A model generated the notes under the pieces. That model did no database searches, had not been told where the DNA came from, and saw nothing but the letters and a program-made list of their open reading frames with translations. Shown piece by piece: positions 8,611 to 23,600 of a stretch of 47,107 bases of DNA. The number at the start of each line of letters is the position of its first letter. The first letter of the stretch is position 1. The stretch comes from Prevotella sp. (GTDB lineage Bacteria; Bacteroidota; Bacteroidia; Bacteroidales; Bacteroidaceae). The position numbers and the translations under genes are program-made. Location: positions 1-47,107 of the forward strand of contig JAEENF010000079.1 of assembly GCA_016283605.1 (NCBI GenBank). The letters run 5' to 3'.

Positions 8611-11600
8611 ATGCCATCAGTTGCTGATTCAAAGCCAATACGGCGCGAATGGACTTGGTCCTCATGAAGTCGTCGACCTTAATAAGGATACCCTCGGTGC
8701 ATGCTTTGGCTACCATTCGTATAACCAATAACGATGTCATGCCAAGTCTCATCAGGTTATCGGTCACACCGAAGTCTTCGTGTCCAAGCAGTTCCTTGAC
8801 AATGTCGAAGAGTTTCTGTTCACGCTTCGTTGATGGTGGTATGCCTTCCGTTTCCTGTTTGATATCGGGAATGGGGAGTTTCTTACGGTCGATCTTGCCA
8901 TTGGGAGTCATTGGCATGGATTCCATCTTGACAAATGTTTCAGGAACCATATAGTCTGTCAATGTCTGTGACATGTTCTCGCGTAGTGCTTCGGTATCGA
9001 TATCGCGGTCAGCGGTGTAGTATAGACACAAGTGCTGTGTGCCGTTTACGGTCTTGACATCGGCAACGACGGATATCATACCCTCGAATGCCTTGGCACA
9101 CTTCTCGATTTCTCCCAGTTCTATACGGTATCCGCGAAGCTTAACCTGAGTATCAATACGGCTGATGTATTCTAACTCACCGTCTTCATTCCATCTGCAC
9201 AGGTCGCCGGTATGGTACATACGAACCTTGCGACCCCACTGATCCTCAGAAACGAATGGACAATCAACGAACGACTGAGCGGTACGTTCGGGTAGACGCC
9301 AGTAACCGCGTCCCACCTGAATACCAGCGAAGCACAGTTCTCCTGCAACGCCCTGTGGCAGCAACTGTCCGGCATCGTCGATAATGAAGTTCCAGTTGTT
9401 GGCTACAGATTTACCGATAGGAATCTCCTCGATATGCTGACCAGGAGCGATAGCATAATACGATGTATCGTCAGTACACTCGGTCGGACCGTAGACGTTG
9501 ATAATTTCGATGTGGTCACTGTAAACACCAGCCATCTTCTCACCACCACCGGTAATGAAGCGAATGGGCAGATCATCGAATGTGTTCAGCAGCAGACAGG
9601 TAATGGCCGTAGAATAACCGCCACCAGTAATCTTGTGCTTGAACAGGAAGTCTCGAATTGCCCCCAGGTCTTTACGAATTTCTGTTGACATGATATGGAA
9701 CGAGCCACCTAACGTCAATATAGGATACATGTCCTCAATATGAGCATCGAACGAGAATGAACGGTGACCGCTGATTCTGTCATCGGCTGTGAGCTTCTCC
9801 ATGTCGATAACCACAGAGATAAAGTTTCTCAAACCGGCCTGATGAAGCATAGCGCCCTTAGGCTTTCCTGTAGAACCTGACGTGTAGATCATGTACGCAA
9901 GTCCATCTGGCGATGAAAGGTCAATAGGCTTGACTTTTTTCTTCGTTAAGCCCTGTACATCATCGCTGTTCATGAAGTCGTCAATATAGAAGATCGTAAC
10001 ATTGCCGACATTGAACTCGCCTTCTGTCTTCTTAGCTTCCAACACCGCATGGGTTGTAATCATAACCTTTGCTTCAGAGTTCTCCAACATGTAAAGCAGA
10101 CGGTCATTTGGATACTCAAAGTCTAATGGAGTATAGGCCGCACCTGCCTTATGAATACCTAAGACAGAAAGTGGGAATTCTTTCATTCGGTCAAGTAAAA
10201 TGCAAACGAAGTCGTTGGGTTTGATGCCTATCTCAACAAGTTTATGAGCTATCAGGTTTGAATAGCTGTCCATGACAGCGTATGTCAACTGACTTTCCTT
10301 GTCAACCACAGCAGGAGCATTTGGCGTCCGGCATGCCTGCTCCGTGAACAGATTGGCGAACGTCTTGGAGATATCAACCTTAAGATCTTTGCCTTTTGAC
10401 AGTACGAGCACTTCTGCAGTTGCCTCATCATCAAGCAGGGAGATGGCATTTAAATCACCTGTCTCGATGCTCCGCATTGCAAATGTACGCAGTGCAGATG
10501 CAAGGCGGCTCATGTCTTTCTGATTATATAGAGAGCCGTCATATTCCAGTACCAGCGCATAGTTGTCTGTGCCAGTCGGGTAGACCGTCATCGTGATGGG
10601 CAACTTTGCCGTATCAAGGGCCAAGGTAATGGCATCGCCATTCCTTTGGTTGTTTCCACCTTCTAAGCCGCCTTGGTAAACATACATGATTTCCGGACGG
10701 ATGTTGTGGCGTTCAACCATCTTTGTGAAGGGATAGAAACTGTTGGCCTTCGTGTTGAAGAACTGCTCCTGTGTCTTTTTTACTGCGGCCGACATGTTCT
10801 CTGCCTTCAGTGGCTTCTCCCATGTGCTTGTTACTGGCAGAGTCTTTACGAACATTCCGACACAATCCAGTAAGTTTGTTTCAGAACGTCCATTATCTAT
10901 GGTCGTAATGTACAACTGCTCTTCACGGGTTGTTCGATGCAGTACCTGTAGCAGAACGGTCATAAAGAAGTTGCTCTCAGTGAAACTGTTCTGGCGACAC
11001 CATGACTCAATATCCCGCCGTTCAATAGTAACTTGCAATTCCTGATTTCCTGAAGTTGTATCCTTTGTCGAACGCGGATAAATGGCAAGTTCAGCCGAAG
11101 CAAGCATCTCATCGAAGTAGCCTTCAGCCTCCATGTACTGCACAGATGTTGTCATCGACTGTTCATAGAGGGCTTGGTCGAAGGCAGAGAATTGTTCCTT
11201 CTCCAGTGTTTCGCCGTTAAGAGCCCTATTCAAGTCTCTTAGGAATACCAGACCAGAACCTCCGTCGAAGATAATGTGGTGCATGTCCATAAACAACCAC
11301 ACGGTGGTAGGTGTCTGGTAAACTTTCAGACGGTACAGGTCATCATTGAATAAATCAAAGGGGCGAATCTGCGATTGGAAGAACTGAGTATCTGGTTCGC
11401 AGTCCGTCTGTTCTATCGTCACGGTTACGGTCGCGTCGTCACGGCGCAGTTGAGCAACATCATCATGGCGTAGCGTCAGACGTGTCTTCATGTAGGCGTG
11501 AGCTTCAATGGTCTCGACGAGAGCATTGCGTAGCTGCTCTGCCGAAATGTCACTGAACTCTTTCACAAACGGAATGTTGTACTGCGTCGTACCACGATTC

Positions 11601-14600
11601 AACTCCCAGTCAATGTAGACACCACGTTGGTTCTCCGTCAGTGGATAATAGTCGCGTTTCTCGTATGAACTGATTTGTTGCTCCTGAAGTGTTCCTGTCA
11701 GTGCAGCCAATTCTCTAACCGTAGGATGCTGTAGAATGTCCTTTGTAGGTAAGTGCAGATTCAGCTTCTGCTTTGCAATGGATGAGAATCTCATGGCCAA
11801 GAGCGATGTGATGCCCATGGAAATCAAGTTGGTAGTTACACCAAACTGGTCATTCTTGAGCAGGTCAAAGGCAATGTCCAGCAACTCTTTCTCCATCTCA
11901 TTTTCAGGTGCTACGATCTCCTCAGCCTTGATAACAGGTAAAGGCAGTGCCTTACGGTTGATCTTGCCGTTTGGTGTCATTGGCATGACATCTAATCGCA
12001 TGTATGCATCGGGCACCATATATTCAGCAAGACTTTCACTTAAGTGTTGCTTTAGCAAGCTCACATCCACCTCTTTCGTTTCTGTGTAGTAGAGGCAGAG
12101 GTGTTCTGCACCGTTTACTTTCTTCACCATGACGGCAACCTGCTTGATGCCATCAAACAGCATTGACCGGTTCTCAATCTCACCCAGCTCGATGCGGAAA
12201 CCACGTAGCTTCACCTGATTGTCGATACGTCCGATGAACTCCAGTTCACCATCCTCGCGATAGCGTACCATATCTCCAGTGTGGTACATACGCACTTTTC
12301 TGCCCCAATGATCTTCGGAAACAAACGGACAATCGCCGAATACCTCAGCCGTTTTCTCTGGAAGATTCCAATAGCCACGTCCAATCTGTATACCTGCAAA
12401 GCAGAACTCACCGGCAATACCTACTGGCAGTAGTCGTCCATACTTGTCAGTAACAAAGCCCCAGTTGTTGGCCGTAGGACGACCGATAGGAATGGTATCG
12501 TAGTGATGACCGGGCTCCACAATGAAGTATGTTACTTCACAAGTACACTCCGTAGGACCATAGGCATTGACAATGGTGTATTTGTCGCTGTACAGTCCAT
12601 CCATACGCTCACCACCCATGGAAATGAGGCGCAATGGCAACTCTGGGTAGTTCAGTACGATTAATGAGCCGATGGCTGTGGGGAATCCCACTTCAGTAAT
12701 CTTGTTCTCTCGTATGAATTCCACAGTCATCTCCATATCCTTTCTGATTGAAGATGGCATAATAAAGAGACTGCCTCCCCGTAAGAGAACAGGATAGATA
12801 GATACGACATGCGCATCGAATGAAAAAGCGTAGAATACACCCACTCTGTCGTTTTCAGTGATGCTTCGCTCGTCGGCAACCACCTCTACACAATTCATGA
12901 GTCCGGCTTGATGCAGCATAGTGCCTTTAGGCTTGCCCGTAGAGCCCGATGTGTAGATCATGTATGCCAAGTTCTCTGGTTTGGCAAGGCAGATGGGTTC
13001 GCAATCGACATCAAGCTGAAGGTCATCGATAAAGATAATCTTTGTGTGGCTTTCATCAATTTCAATGTTGTCAGCGCTGCACTTGTTCTCGAACACTGCA
13101 TGGGTCGTAAGCAGAACCTTGGCCTGACAATCTTCAATCATGTACTGCAGACGGTCTGATGGATAGTCAATATCCAAAGGAGCGTATGCGGCAGCAGCCT
13201 TATGGATAGCATGCACACAGAGAATAAACTCCTTGCAGCGTTCCAGCATGACGCAGACGAAGTCGTCAGGACATACACCATTCTCAATAAGACAATGTGC
13301 TAGTGCATCTGACTTCTTGCTGAGTTCACGGTATGTGAATTGACTGTTCTCATCTGCAACAGCCAGCTTGTCAGGTATGCGTTGGGCTGTTTCGGTAAAC
13401 AATTGGATGAAGGTCTTGTTGATGTCCACATCTAAATGCTTACCCTTGCAGAAGTCAGTCATTGCCTTCTCTTCATCAGGTGACAGAAGAGACACTTCTG
13501 AGAGTTTTGTTGCAGTCAGGGCTTGTTCTGAAACTTGTTTCAGCATGGCCCCCAAGCGTTCCATGTCCTTCTTGGAATAGAGACTATTGTCATATTCCAG
13601 TTCCATATCGTATTCGTCTTTCCCATTAGGAGTAACCTTGATGGTGAGCGGCAGTTTCGACTGGTTGAGTGTGAGATTTATTGCATCGTTTTCATTCTCT
13701 TCACCACCCGAAGGCTGATAGACAAACATTATTTCCGGACGCAGGTCGTAAAGCTCCACCATCTTTGTGAATGGATAGAAATCACGTGATTGTGTCTCAA
13801 GTACCTGATTCTGTATTTTCTTGGCAACTGTAGCTATGCTCTGCAAACCGTCGGCAGAGGTACTGACCACTGGTAAGGTCTTGACGAACATACCCATGAT
13901 CTCCATCATCCTTACATCGGCACGACCGTTGTTGATGGTAGTTATCGTGATATCGTCTTCTCGTGTTACTGAATGTAACACATGCATCAATACGGTTAGG
14001 AAATAGGAATTAGGTGTCAGGGCCTCCTGTTGGCAGAACATGGTAATGTCTTGTCCACTGACAGTTAGTGACAAGTGTCCTTCGTTACCTTCAGCCACAC
14101 CATTCAACTCCTTAGAGTGCGGATAAACGGCAGTAGTAAGACCGTCGAGCAGTCCTTTGAAGTAGTTCTCTGCTTCAGTGTACTTCTCAGACTTCGTCAA
14201 CCGTAGTTCATCAAGAGCAAAGTCGAATGCTGTGTAAGACTCCGACTTCACTTCTTCATCATGGTAGGCCTTGTCAATGTCTGATAGGAGAACCAAAGAG
14301 GAAGCACCATCGTAGATGCTATGGTGTATGTCAATGAATAGGTACACATCACCACCATAGGTGTATATCTCCAGTCGATACAGTGTGTCACGGTACAAGT
14401 CAAACGGACGAATACGGCTCTGGAAGAAAGCGGTGTCAGGTTTTTCCGCCAGTGCTTCCATTAGTATCTCTGCAGGCTCTTCGTCACGGCGTATCTGCAT
14501 GATGTCACCCTCATGTTGGACGAAACGCGTCTTCAAATACGGGTGTGCATCAATCACTTTGACCAATGCTTCATGTAGCTTCTCTGCGTTGCCCCCCTTC

Positions 14601-17600
14601 ATTACATGCACCTCTGGCACGTTATATTGTGTGGTGTCACGGTTCATCTCCCAGTCGAAGAATACACCACGTTGGTTCTCGGTAATGGGGTAATAATAGA
14701 GGTGAGATGTGAAAGGTGAGAGCTGAGAGGTATTATCGGCCATTGGAGTCTCCGTCTGGCCTTTCTTACCATCAATAATTGTTGCGATGTCACGAATGAC
14801 AGGGTTCTGCAGTACATCCTTGACAGTGATTTCAACACCAAACTCAATGTGGATGGCCACTGTAAAGCGCATGGCTGACAGCGAGGTTAGACCCATTGTG
14901 ATCAGATTGGTGGTAACACCAAATTGATCGTGTTTCAGAGTCTCCGATGCCATCTTGAACAGCTTTTCCTCCGTTGGGGACTCCGGACTGACAAATTCTT
15001 CTACGCCAACGCTTGGGTTAGGCAGAACCTTGGTGTTAACTTTTCCGTTCGGCGTTAGTGGCATCTCGTCCAGCTGTATGTAGGCAGTTGGAACCATATA
15101 GTCTGTCAGTTGTTCGGCTAGGTAATTACGGAGTGCCTCCTTGTCAATCTCCTTATCAGCGGTGTAATAAGCACACAAATGCTGTACGCCACCAATCTCA
15201 CGTACTTGTACGGATTCCATTTGGATGCTTTCATAATTACCTATGAGTGTCTCGATTTCACCGAGCTCGATTCGGAATCCACGGAGCTTAACCTGACTGT
15301 CTATACGCCCCATGTACTCAATCTGCTGATCAGCGTTGTAACGTACCAGGTCACCAGTGTGATAGACTTTAACCTGTTGGCCGTCGATAGTCATGTTTGC
15401 AAATTTCTCTGCCGTCAGGTCTTCACGCTTCCAGTAACCTGAGGCTATCTGAGGACCTGCCATGCAGAGCTCACCAGCCATACCCTGTGGTAACAGATGA
15501 CCACAAGGATCTACTACATAAGCAGAAAGGTTGTAAAGCGGGCGTCCGATAGGAATGTTTTTGTATTCCTTGCCTTTCTCCAATTCAAAGAATGTTGCGT
15601 CAACGGTGAACTCGGTAGGACCGTATGTATTGATAAGACGACACTTGCAGTCTGGATTGACAGTCATCTTCTCGCCGCCTACGACAAGGTAGTCAACCGG
15701 CAGGTCCGGGAATAGCTGTAGCAACATCTGTCCCAGCTGTGTGGTATAGCAACCACCCGTGATGCCGTTGTTGATAATAAAGTCGTGCAGCAGTGTGAGG
15801 TCCTTACGGGCATCCTGCGGGACGGTATAAAGTGTACCACCTACTGTGAGCACAGGATACAAGTCTTCAATAGAGGCGTCGAACGAGAATGAAGAGTGAC
15901 AGCAGATGCGACTCTTTGACGTATGTCTCCATTCACGGGCAATGAACTGCACAAAGTTCGCCTTAGCCTTATGAGAGATCATCACTCCCTTTGGCTTTCC
16001 TGTTGAACCGGAAGTGTAGATCATATAAGCCAATCCGTCAGGTATCGCATGGTTGAGTGTCGTGTCAACTTTATCAATGGTGATACCTTGAATATAGTCG
16101 TCAATAAAGAAAATGTTCTTGGCCTTAAATTCTCCATCAGCGTTCTTCTCCATAAAAATTGCGTGGGAAGTGATGAGCACTTGGCTTTCAGAATCCTCCA
16201 ACATGTAGAGAAGACGTTCGTTCGGGTAGTCATAGTCCAATGGAACATAGGCACCGCCTGCTTTCTCCACGGCGATGGCTGCGACTAGGAATTCTTTCTG
16301 ATAGCCCAGCATGATGCTGACAAAACTGTAAGGCTTGACACCTAAGGCAACCAACTTCTTGGCTACGGCAGCAGTCAAGGCATTCAATTGTCCGTAAGTG
16401 TACTGTCCTAACTCATCAACAACGGCAGGAGCATCAGGATTCTCTGCAGCTCGCTGCATGAAAATACTAACAAATGTCTCGTTGGGGTCAATTTGCTGTT
16501 GCTGGCCAGTTGACTGCAATGCTATATGATGCTCTTCCTCTGCGCTAAGCAGTGAAACGTTTGCAAGACAATTGGCTGAAGCTGCGGAGACAGAGAAATT
16601 GGCAATGCTTTGCGCTAATTGACGCATATCGGCTTCGCCATACAGTCCACCATCATATTCCAATGCTATCGTGTATTTCCCGTCTGCTTCAGGGTAGATA
16701 GATACCGACAGTGGCATTTTGACGGTGTCCAGTTGGATGGCTTCTTCTTTCTCCATGCCTGCATCATCAATACTGCCTTGATAAGCATACATGATTTCCG
16801 GTCGGATGCCGTGACGTTCAACCATTTCGGTGAATGGGTAGAAGCTGCGTCCTTGTGTCTCCACAAACTGCTTCTGCATATCAGTAACAGCTTCTGCCAT
16901 TGACTTCTTATAGGCTTCTTCAGTTGTGAAGTTGCTAACCACAGGCAATGTCTTGACAAACATACCCATGATATTCATCATACGGACATCGGTACGTCCG
17001 TTGTCAATACTTGTAATATAGATACTCTCTTCACGAGTCGTACGGTGTAGTACCTGCATGAGAGCCGTCAGGAAATAGTTGCTGACGGTTACTCCATATT
17101 TCTGACAGAACTCGCTGATAGCCGAGCCATCGAATGTGAGACTCAACTCCTGATTACCACTACCGGTAACTACATCGGAATGAGGATAGACAGCCATCTC
17201 AATCCCTGGTAGCAACTGGTCAAAGTAAGCTTCTGCCTCCTTCCATGTGGAAGTACCTTTCAGTGCCTCTTCGTCCAAGGCACGTTCGAAGGCCGTGTAC
17301 TCTTCTTTCTCTAGCTTCTCACCATTGTAAGCACGTCTCAAGTCCTGCATCAGAACGAATGATGAAGCACCATCATAAATGATATGGTGAATATCCATAA
17401 ACAGCCAGAGGGTATAAGGCGCCTGATAGATCTCGAACCGATAGAGGTCGTCTGTGAACAGGTTGAACGGGAGAAGTCTTGAGCGGAAGAAATCCTTCGT
17501 CGGTTCTTTGTCCAGTTTAGTCAGAGAGACCGTCACAGGAGCATCGTCACGCCGTTGTTGTCTGACATCACCATTCTCTCTAACAAGACGAGTTTTCAGG

Positions 17601-20600
17601 TATGGATGTGCTTCGACCACAGCTTCTAATGCCTTCTTTAGCTGTTCGCCGTCTTTTCCGGTAAAGTCTACAACAAATGGTATATTATACTGCAGTGCTT
17701 CACGGTTCATGTCCCAGTCTACATAGACACCTCGCTGGTTCTCTGTCAGCGGATAGGTGGAACGGAGTGAGTAGTCGACCTCGGGCTGTGCGTCAGCAGC
17801 AACTTCCTGTATCTTAGCCAGTTTGCGAATGAACGGGGTAGCTAGAATATCCTTTGTGGGTATCTTTAGACCGTATTTCTGGCTGAGCTGTGCAGAGTAA
17901 CGCATAGCCGACAGCGATGTCATTCCAATAGATATGAGATTGGTGGTCACGCCAAATTGGTCTGTCTTCAGGAGTTCGACAGCAATCTCATAGAGTTGCT
18001 TTTCCGTTTCAGTGGCAGGCGCAACATTTTCGCCGCTTTCCACCTCCGGTGTCGGGAGAGCCTTGCGGTTAATCTTTCCGTTGGGGAGCAGAGGCATTGC
18101 GTCAAGTGGCATGTAGATCTCCGGCATCATATATTTTGCCAGTGAAGTAGCATCCAAATGAGCAGCCAGTTCGGTGTGGCTTATCTGTTTTCCTTCTTCT
18201 TGGGTGTAGTAAAGCACAAGATGTCTGCTCTCATTAACTTCCTTGACGAGAGCTGCTGCCTGACGTACAGCGGGGTGCTGCATGGCATTGGCTTCAATCT
18301 CTCCGAGTTCAATGCGGAAACCGCGGAGTTTTACCTGTCCGTCAATACGTCCGAGGTACTCTATCTGTCCGTCTTCGTTGTATCTGGCCAAATCGCCGGT
18401 ATGATAGAGCGTGCCTTCTCCGAACGGATTGTCTACGAATACCTTTTCTGTCTGCTCTGGTAAGTGCCAATAGCCATAACCTACTTGTACTCCGGAGATG
18501 CAGAGTTCGCCAGGAATGCCTTGTGGGAGCAGGTTCCCGAACTGGTCTGTGATATAGCTGTTCGTATTTGGCAAGGGGCGTCCTATGGGAATGTTTTCAT
18601 ACTCATCTCCCGGATTAATAACGAATAGTGTGGAGTCGTTGGTACACTCTGTAGGTCCATAGAGATTGACGATGTGCATCTTGTCACTCTTCACACCCGA
18701 CAGCTTTTCGCCTCCGGCAGTAATGAACCGCAGAGGCAGCTCATAGTCGTTAATAAGGAGCATCATTAGTGACGTGGTGCCACCGAAACCAGTAATCTTA
18801 TGGTCAACCAGGAACTTCTGGATTGCGCCAAGATCCTTGCGGATGTCCGAAGGCATGATGTGAAGTTCGCCCCCTGCGAATAGGATGGGAAAGAGGTCAT
18901 CGACATGTGCGTCGAATGAGAATGAACGGTGGCTGGCAATACGGTCGGAGGCCGTTAATTGCAAAGTCTCCATGTGGGTGCAGATGAGGTTCATCAGTCC
19001 ACGTTGGTGGAGCATTACTCCCTTGGGCTTTCCTGTTGATCCCGACGTATAAATCATATAGGCAAGATTGTCTGGTGTCGTCAGGCAGACGGGTTCTGTC
19101 TGGCTATTGAGATCTATTTCGTCGAGTAAGATTACCTTAACCTTGTTCCTGTCTATCGTCAGTCCGTTAGCATGCTTTTCAGCCAACACGTCTCTTGAAG
19201 TGAGAAGAACCTTCGACTCACTGTTCTCAAGCATGTACTGTAGGCGATTCACAGGATAGTCCACATCTAACGGAGAATAAGCTGCGCCCACTTTGTGAAT
19301 GGCATGTACAGCCAGCACAAACTCTTTCCGGCGTTCCATGAGCACGCATACAAAAGTGTTAGGTTTGACACCTTCGGCAATGAGTCTATGTGCAAGCGCG
19401 TTACTATGCTGGTCGAGTTCGCCGTATGTATAGTGGCTTGTGCTGTCCACTACGGCGATGGCTTCCGGTGTGGCCTTGGCGTTCTCAATGAACGACTCTA
19501 TGAAGGTCTTGCTCAGATTAAACTTCTTACGTTCTCCAGCAGAGAGTTTCAGGACGTCCTTCTCTGTTTCTTTGTCAAGAAGCATCAGGTTGGCAATCTT
19601 CTCGTCGGCATTTGCTATAATACCACGAACCAACTGGTGGAGTGTATGAAGCGTGTCCTTGGCGAGTTGTTCAGAATACTTCTGATTGTTGAATTGCAAC
19701 TGCAGAGCCATCCGTCCGTCCTCACCGATAAAGACTGTTAAGCTGATGTCATCGAAGTTCTCTTCCTTCGTGATAACTGGTTTGACAACAAAAGGCCATG
19801 ACTGTGCAGGAGCCTCTTCTGACGGATAGTTTTCAAACACTACCGTGGATTGATAGAGCTCTGTTCCTAATTCGCTTTGCTGTTGCACCTCACTCATGGA
19901 GAGGTAGTCGTGCTTATTGGTCTCGACAGCTTGTGCTTGAACACGCTGTAAAGCATCGAGCACCGTATCGTCATTTTCTATTTTAATACGTACAGGTACA
20001 GTATTAATAAATATACCTATAACATCGCTGACATCCTCGTTAGTATTGTCACGTCCTGATACAATTTTGGCAAATACCGCATCATTTACGTGGTTATATC
20101 TTTGTAGGAGTAGACCCCATGCCAATTCAACCACGGTATTGGGGGTTGTCTGGGTTGCTTGGCACAGGTTGTTAAGTGCATGCTGCTCGTCAAGCGACAG
20201 TTCTGTAATCAGTGAGTCTTCCTTCGTCTGGTATTCTTCTTTGACAGTACCAAACGACGGGATAACGGCTTGGGCTTCGTAGCCTTCGAGGAGATTACTC
20301 CAATAGGCTAATGAGGCCGTATTATCTTTTGAACGGATATTACGGACGTAGTTTTCGTAACGTCCTGTTCCGGTAGATTCAACTTTTGACAACTTCCCTG
20401 CTATTTCGTCAGCCAGCATGTTAAAGAAGTCTTTTTGTATAATAGGTAGACACCAACCGTCTTCAATAATGTGGTGGAATACCAAAAGCAGTGTGCAAGA
20501 TGTGTCACTAGTCTTCAGACAAACCATATTGAAAAGCGGCTTGGATTGCAAGTCGAAAGCGCTGTTAAGCAAATTCTTGCGGATGTCTGCTATAGCTTTA

Positions 20601-23600
20601 TCCTTATCGTCCTCCCCTGATATATCCATCATTGTGAGTCCCAACTGACGTCCGTTTACAATGGCCTGACGATATTCGTGTACACCCCGATAGATGACGG
20701 ACGTACGTAATACCTCGTGTCGTTCTGCTAGACTGTCAAGAGCACTTCGTAATTGCTGCTCTGAGGGTAACATATTCATCTCCACTGCGAATACGAGGCG
20801 GTAGGCTACCGATTCAGGTTCAAGGACAGCCTTCAGTACCATGCCTTCCTGCATAGGAGTCAGGGGGTAGATACGACTTAGATGTTCACCACGTGCTTCA
20901 AACTCCTGATAAATCTGAGTGAATTCCTCATCGTTCCATTCAAGTTCTCCGAGGTCTGATGCCGTTGGCATGGCCTGCTCGCACGATGTGGTTAGGTTGA
21001 TGATGTCGTTCAGTTGACAGACAAAGGCATTGGCAAGGTCTTGAGCCTTATCGGATCCCCAGATGTCGGTATCGTATTTAAAGTGAACCTGTAGAGTGCC
21101 ATTGTTTACCATAGCATCAATTGTCAGTCCTGGACCATAAGTGTTTTCTGTTGCCACCATCTGTCCTGCACCTAGGTCGGAAGTAGGCACAAATGTGATG
21201 TCTTTCGTTGCTTCGTTACCAAACTCGCCTAAGTAGTTGAAGCATACCAATGGCTGCATAAGGATATCCATTCCATATAACTGCCCGTAGCCAAGTCCTT
21301 TGTTAGGGATATGACGGAGAGTTTCCTTTACGTGGCGAAGGTCATGGCTTAAATCACCGCCCAGTTGGGTGAGGACAACAGGGAAGATACTCGTAAACCA
21401 GCCTACGGTACGGTCGATGAACAGTGGTTCACCAATGGGTTCGCGACCATGGCCTTCGAGCTGTATGCTCAGCATGTCACGGCCTGATTGTTGCTGGTAG
21501 GCACGTCCCAAAGCAGTCAGTAGCAGGTCATTGATTTCCGTATTGAACGCGCGTGAGGTCTCAGTCAGCAGCTGATGCGTCTTTGCGTTGTCCAGACTAA
21601 TGTCCAGGCTTTCAAACGTGCGACTGTAGTCACAGCCGTTTGACATCGGCATCGTCTGCATTTGTTTTCTCACCTCATCCCAGTACTCTGTCTCTTTCTT
21701 AAGAATATAGCTGTCCTTATAATGGTTTAAGCCCTCAACATAGTCCTTATAGGAATGTGTCTTGGCAGCAAGCTCTATAGGAGTGCCGTGGAGAGCCTGC
21801 TGATAGACGGTATTAAGGTCTTCGGCAATGATTCGCCACGATACGCCGTCAACCACCAAATGGTGAGCCACAAGCAGCAGATAGTCGTTTCTGTCACAGT
21901 GCATGAGGGCAGTCTTGAAGATGGGACCTTCTTGCAGGTTGATTGAGGCGTTCAACTCGTTGGCTGCCTGTTCAACCTTCTGCCGGGCATCAGCATGGCC
22001 ACGGAAGTCGTATACTTTCATGGCATACAAGTTCTCGGCATCTGTTGTTCTAATCTCAAGCTGTCCATTGGCTACTACTGCACGCAACATGTCATGGTGT
22101 ATGACGAGTGCTTGCAGACTCTGTCTCAGATCTTCCTCATCAACAGATGTCTGGGCACAAAGCATGACCGCTTGATTAAAGTGTTCTGGCTTTGGTAACT
22201 CAAGATCAAAGAAATACTGTACGATGGCACTGTTGGGCAACGTTCCGCTCCATGCCTCCTGACTCACTTGTGGCAGGTCGTTGTCACTAGCTGCAGCAGC
22301 AATAGCCCGCACAGTCTTGAGTTTCATGATTTGTGGAACCTGTAGGCTTATGCCTTCCTTTCTCAGTAGAGATACCAGACGGATAGACTTGATGGAATCA
22401 CCGCCCAGTGCATAGAAACTGTCAAGTGCACCGACAGGGATTGAGAGTCCAAGTACAGAGGCGAAGCCTTCAGCAATGGCTTTTTCTGTAGCTCCCTCTG
22501 GTTCTACATATTCCGTGTCGCTCTTAATCTCAGGCAGAGGAAGCTGCTTGCGGTTAATCTTACCATTCGGCGTAATGGGCATCACGTCAAGTTTCATATA
22601 GGTGTCGGGCACCATGTAATCTGCCAATGATGACTCCTCGAGCGCCTGACGGATGCTGTCGTCAGTAACTTCTGCGCCTTCTGTCAGTGTATAATATAGA
22701 ATAAGGTGTTCAGTTCCCATCACCTTCTTCACCTCAGCTGCCGCCTGCAGGATGCCTTCCAATTGCAATACCTTACTCTCTATCTCACCTAACTCAATGC
22801 GGAAACCACGCAGTTTTACCTGGAAGTCAATACGGCCCATGTATTCCAAATCTCCCTGCTCATTCCAACGGCAGAGATCTCCGGTATGATACATGCGAAC
22901 CTTGCGTCCCCAGCGGTCTTTTTTGATGAAGGGACAGTCAACAAATGACTGTGCCGTGCGTTCGGGTAGACGCCAGTAACCGCGGCCAACCTGAATGCCT
23001 GCAATGCACAATTCGCCCATCATCCCACGAGGAACCAGATGGCCAGAGTCGTCGACAATGAAGTTCCAAGTGTTAGCCACTGGCTTGCCAATGGGGATAT
23101 TCTCCACACGTTCGCCTGGAGCAATGCTGTAGTAAGAGGTGTCGTCCGTACATTCGGTCGGTCCGTACACATTGATGATTTCTATGTGGTCACTGTAGAC
23201 ACCATCCAGCTTTTCACCACCTGCCGTGATGAAACGTACGGGCAGGTCGTCATAGGTATTGAGCAGCAGGGCTGCGATGGCTGTTGAATATCCACCACCA
23301 GTAATCTGGTGCTCGAAAAGAAAGTCGCGTATGGCTGCCAGGTCCTTGCGGATATCCGTCGGCATGATGTGGAATGAGCCGCCCAGTGTCAGAATGGCAT
23401 ACATGTCCTCAATATGGGCATCGAAGGAGAAGGAACGATGTCCCTCGATACGGTCTGCTGCCGTCAACTTCTCCATATCGATAACAACGTTGATGAAGTT
23501 CCACAGACCGGCCTGGTGAAGCATAGCTCCCTTCGGTTTGCCCGTTGAACCTGACGTATAGATCATATAGGCCAGGTTGTCGGGGGTGGTCAGGTTGATG

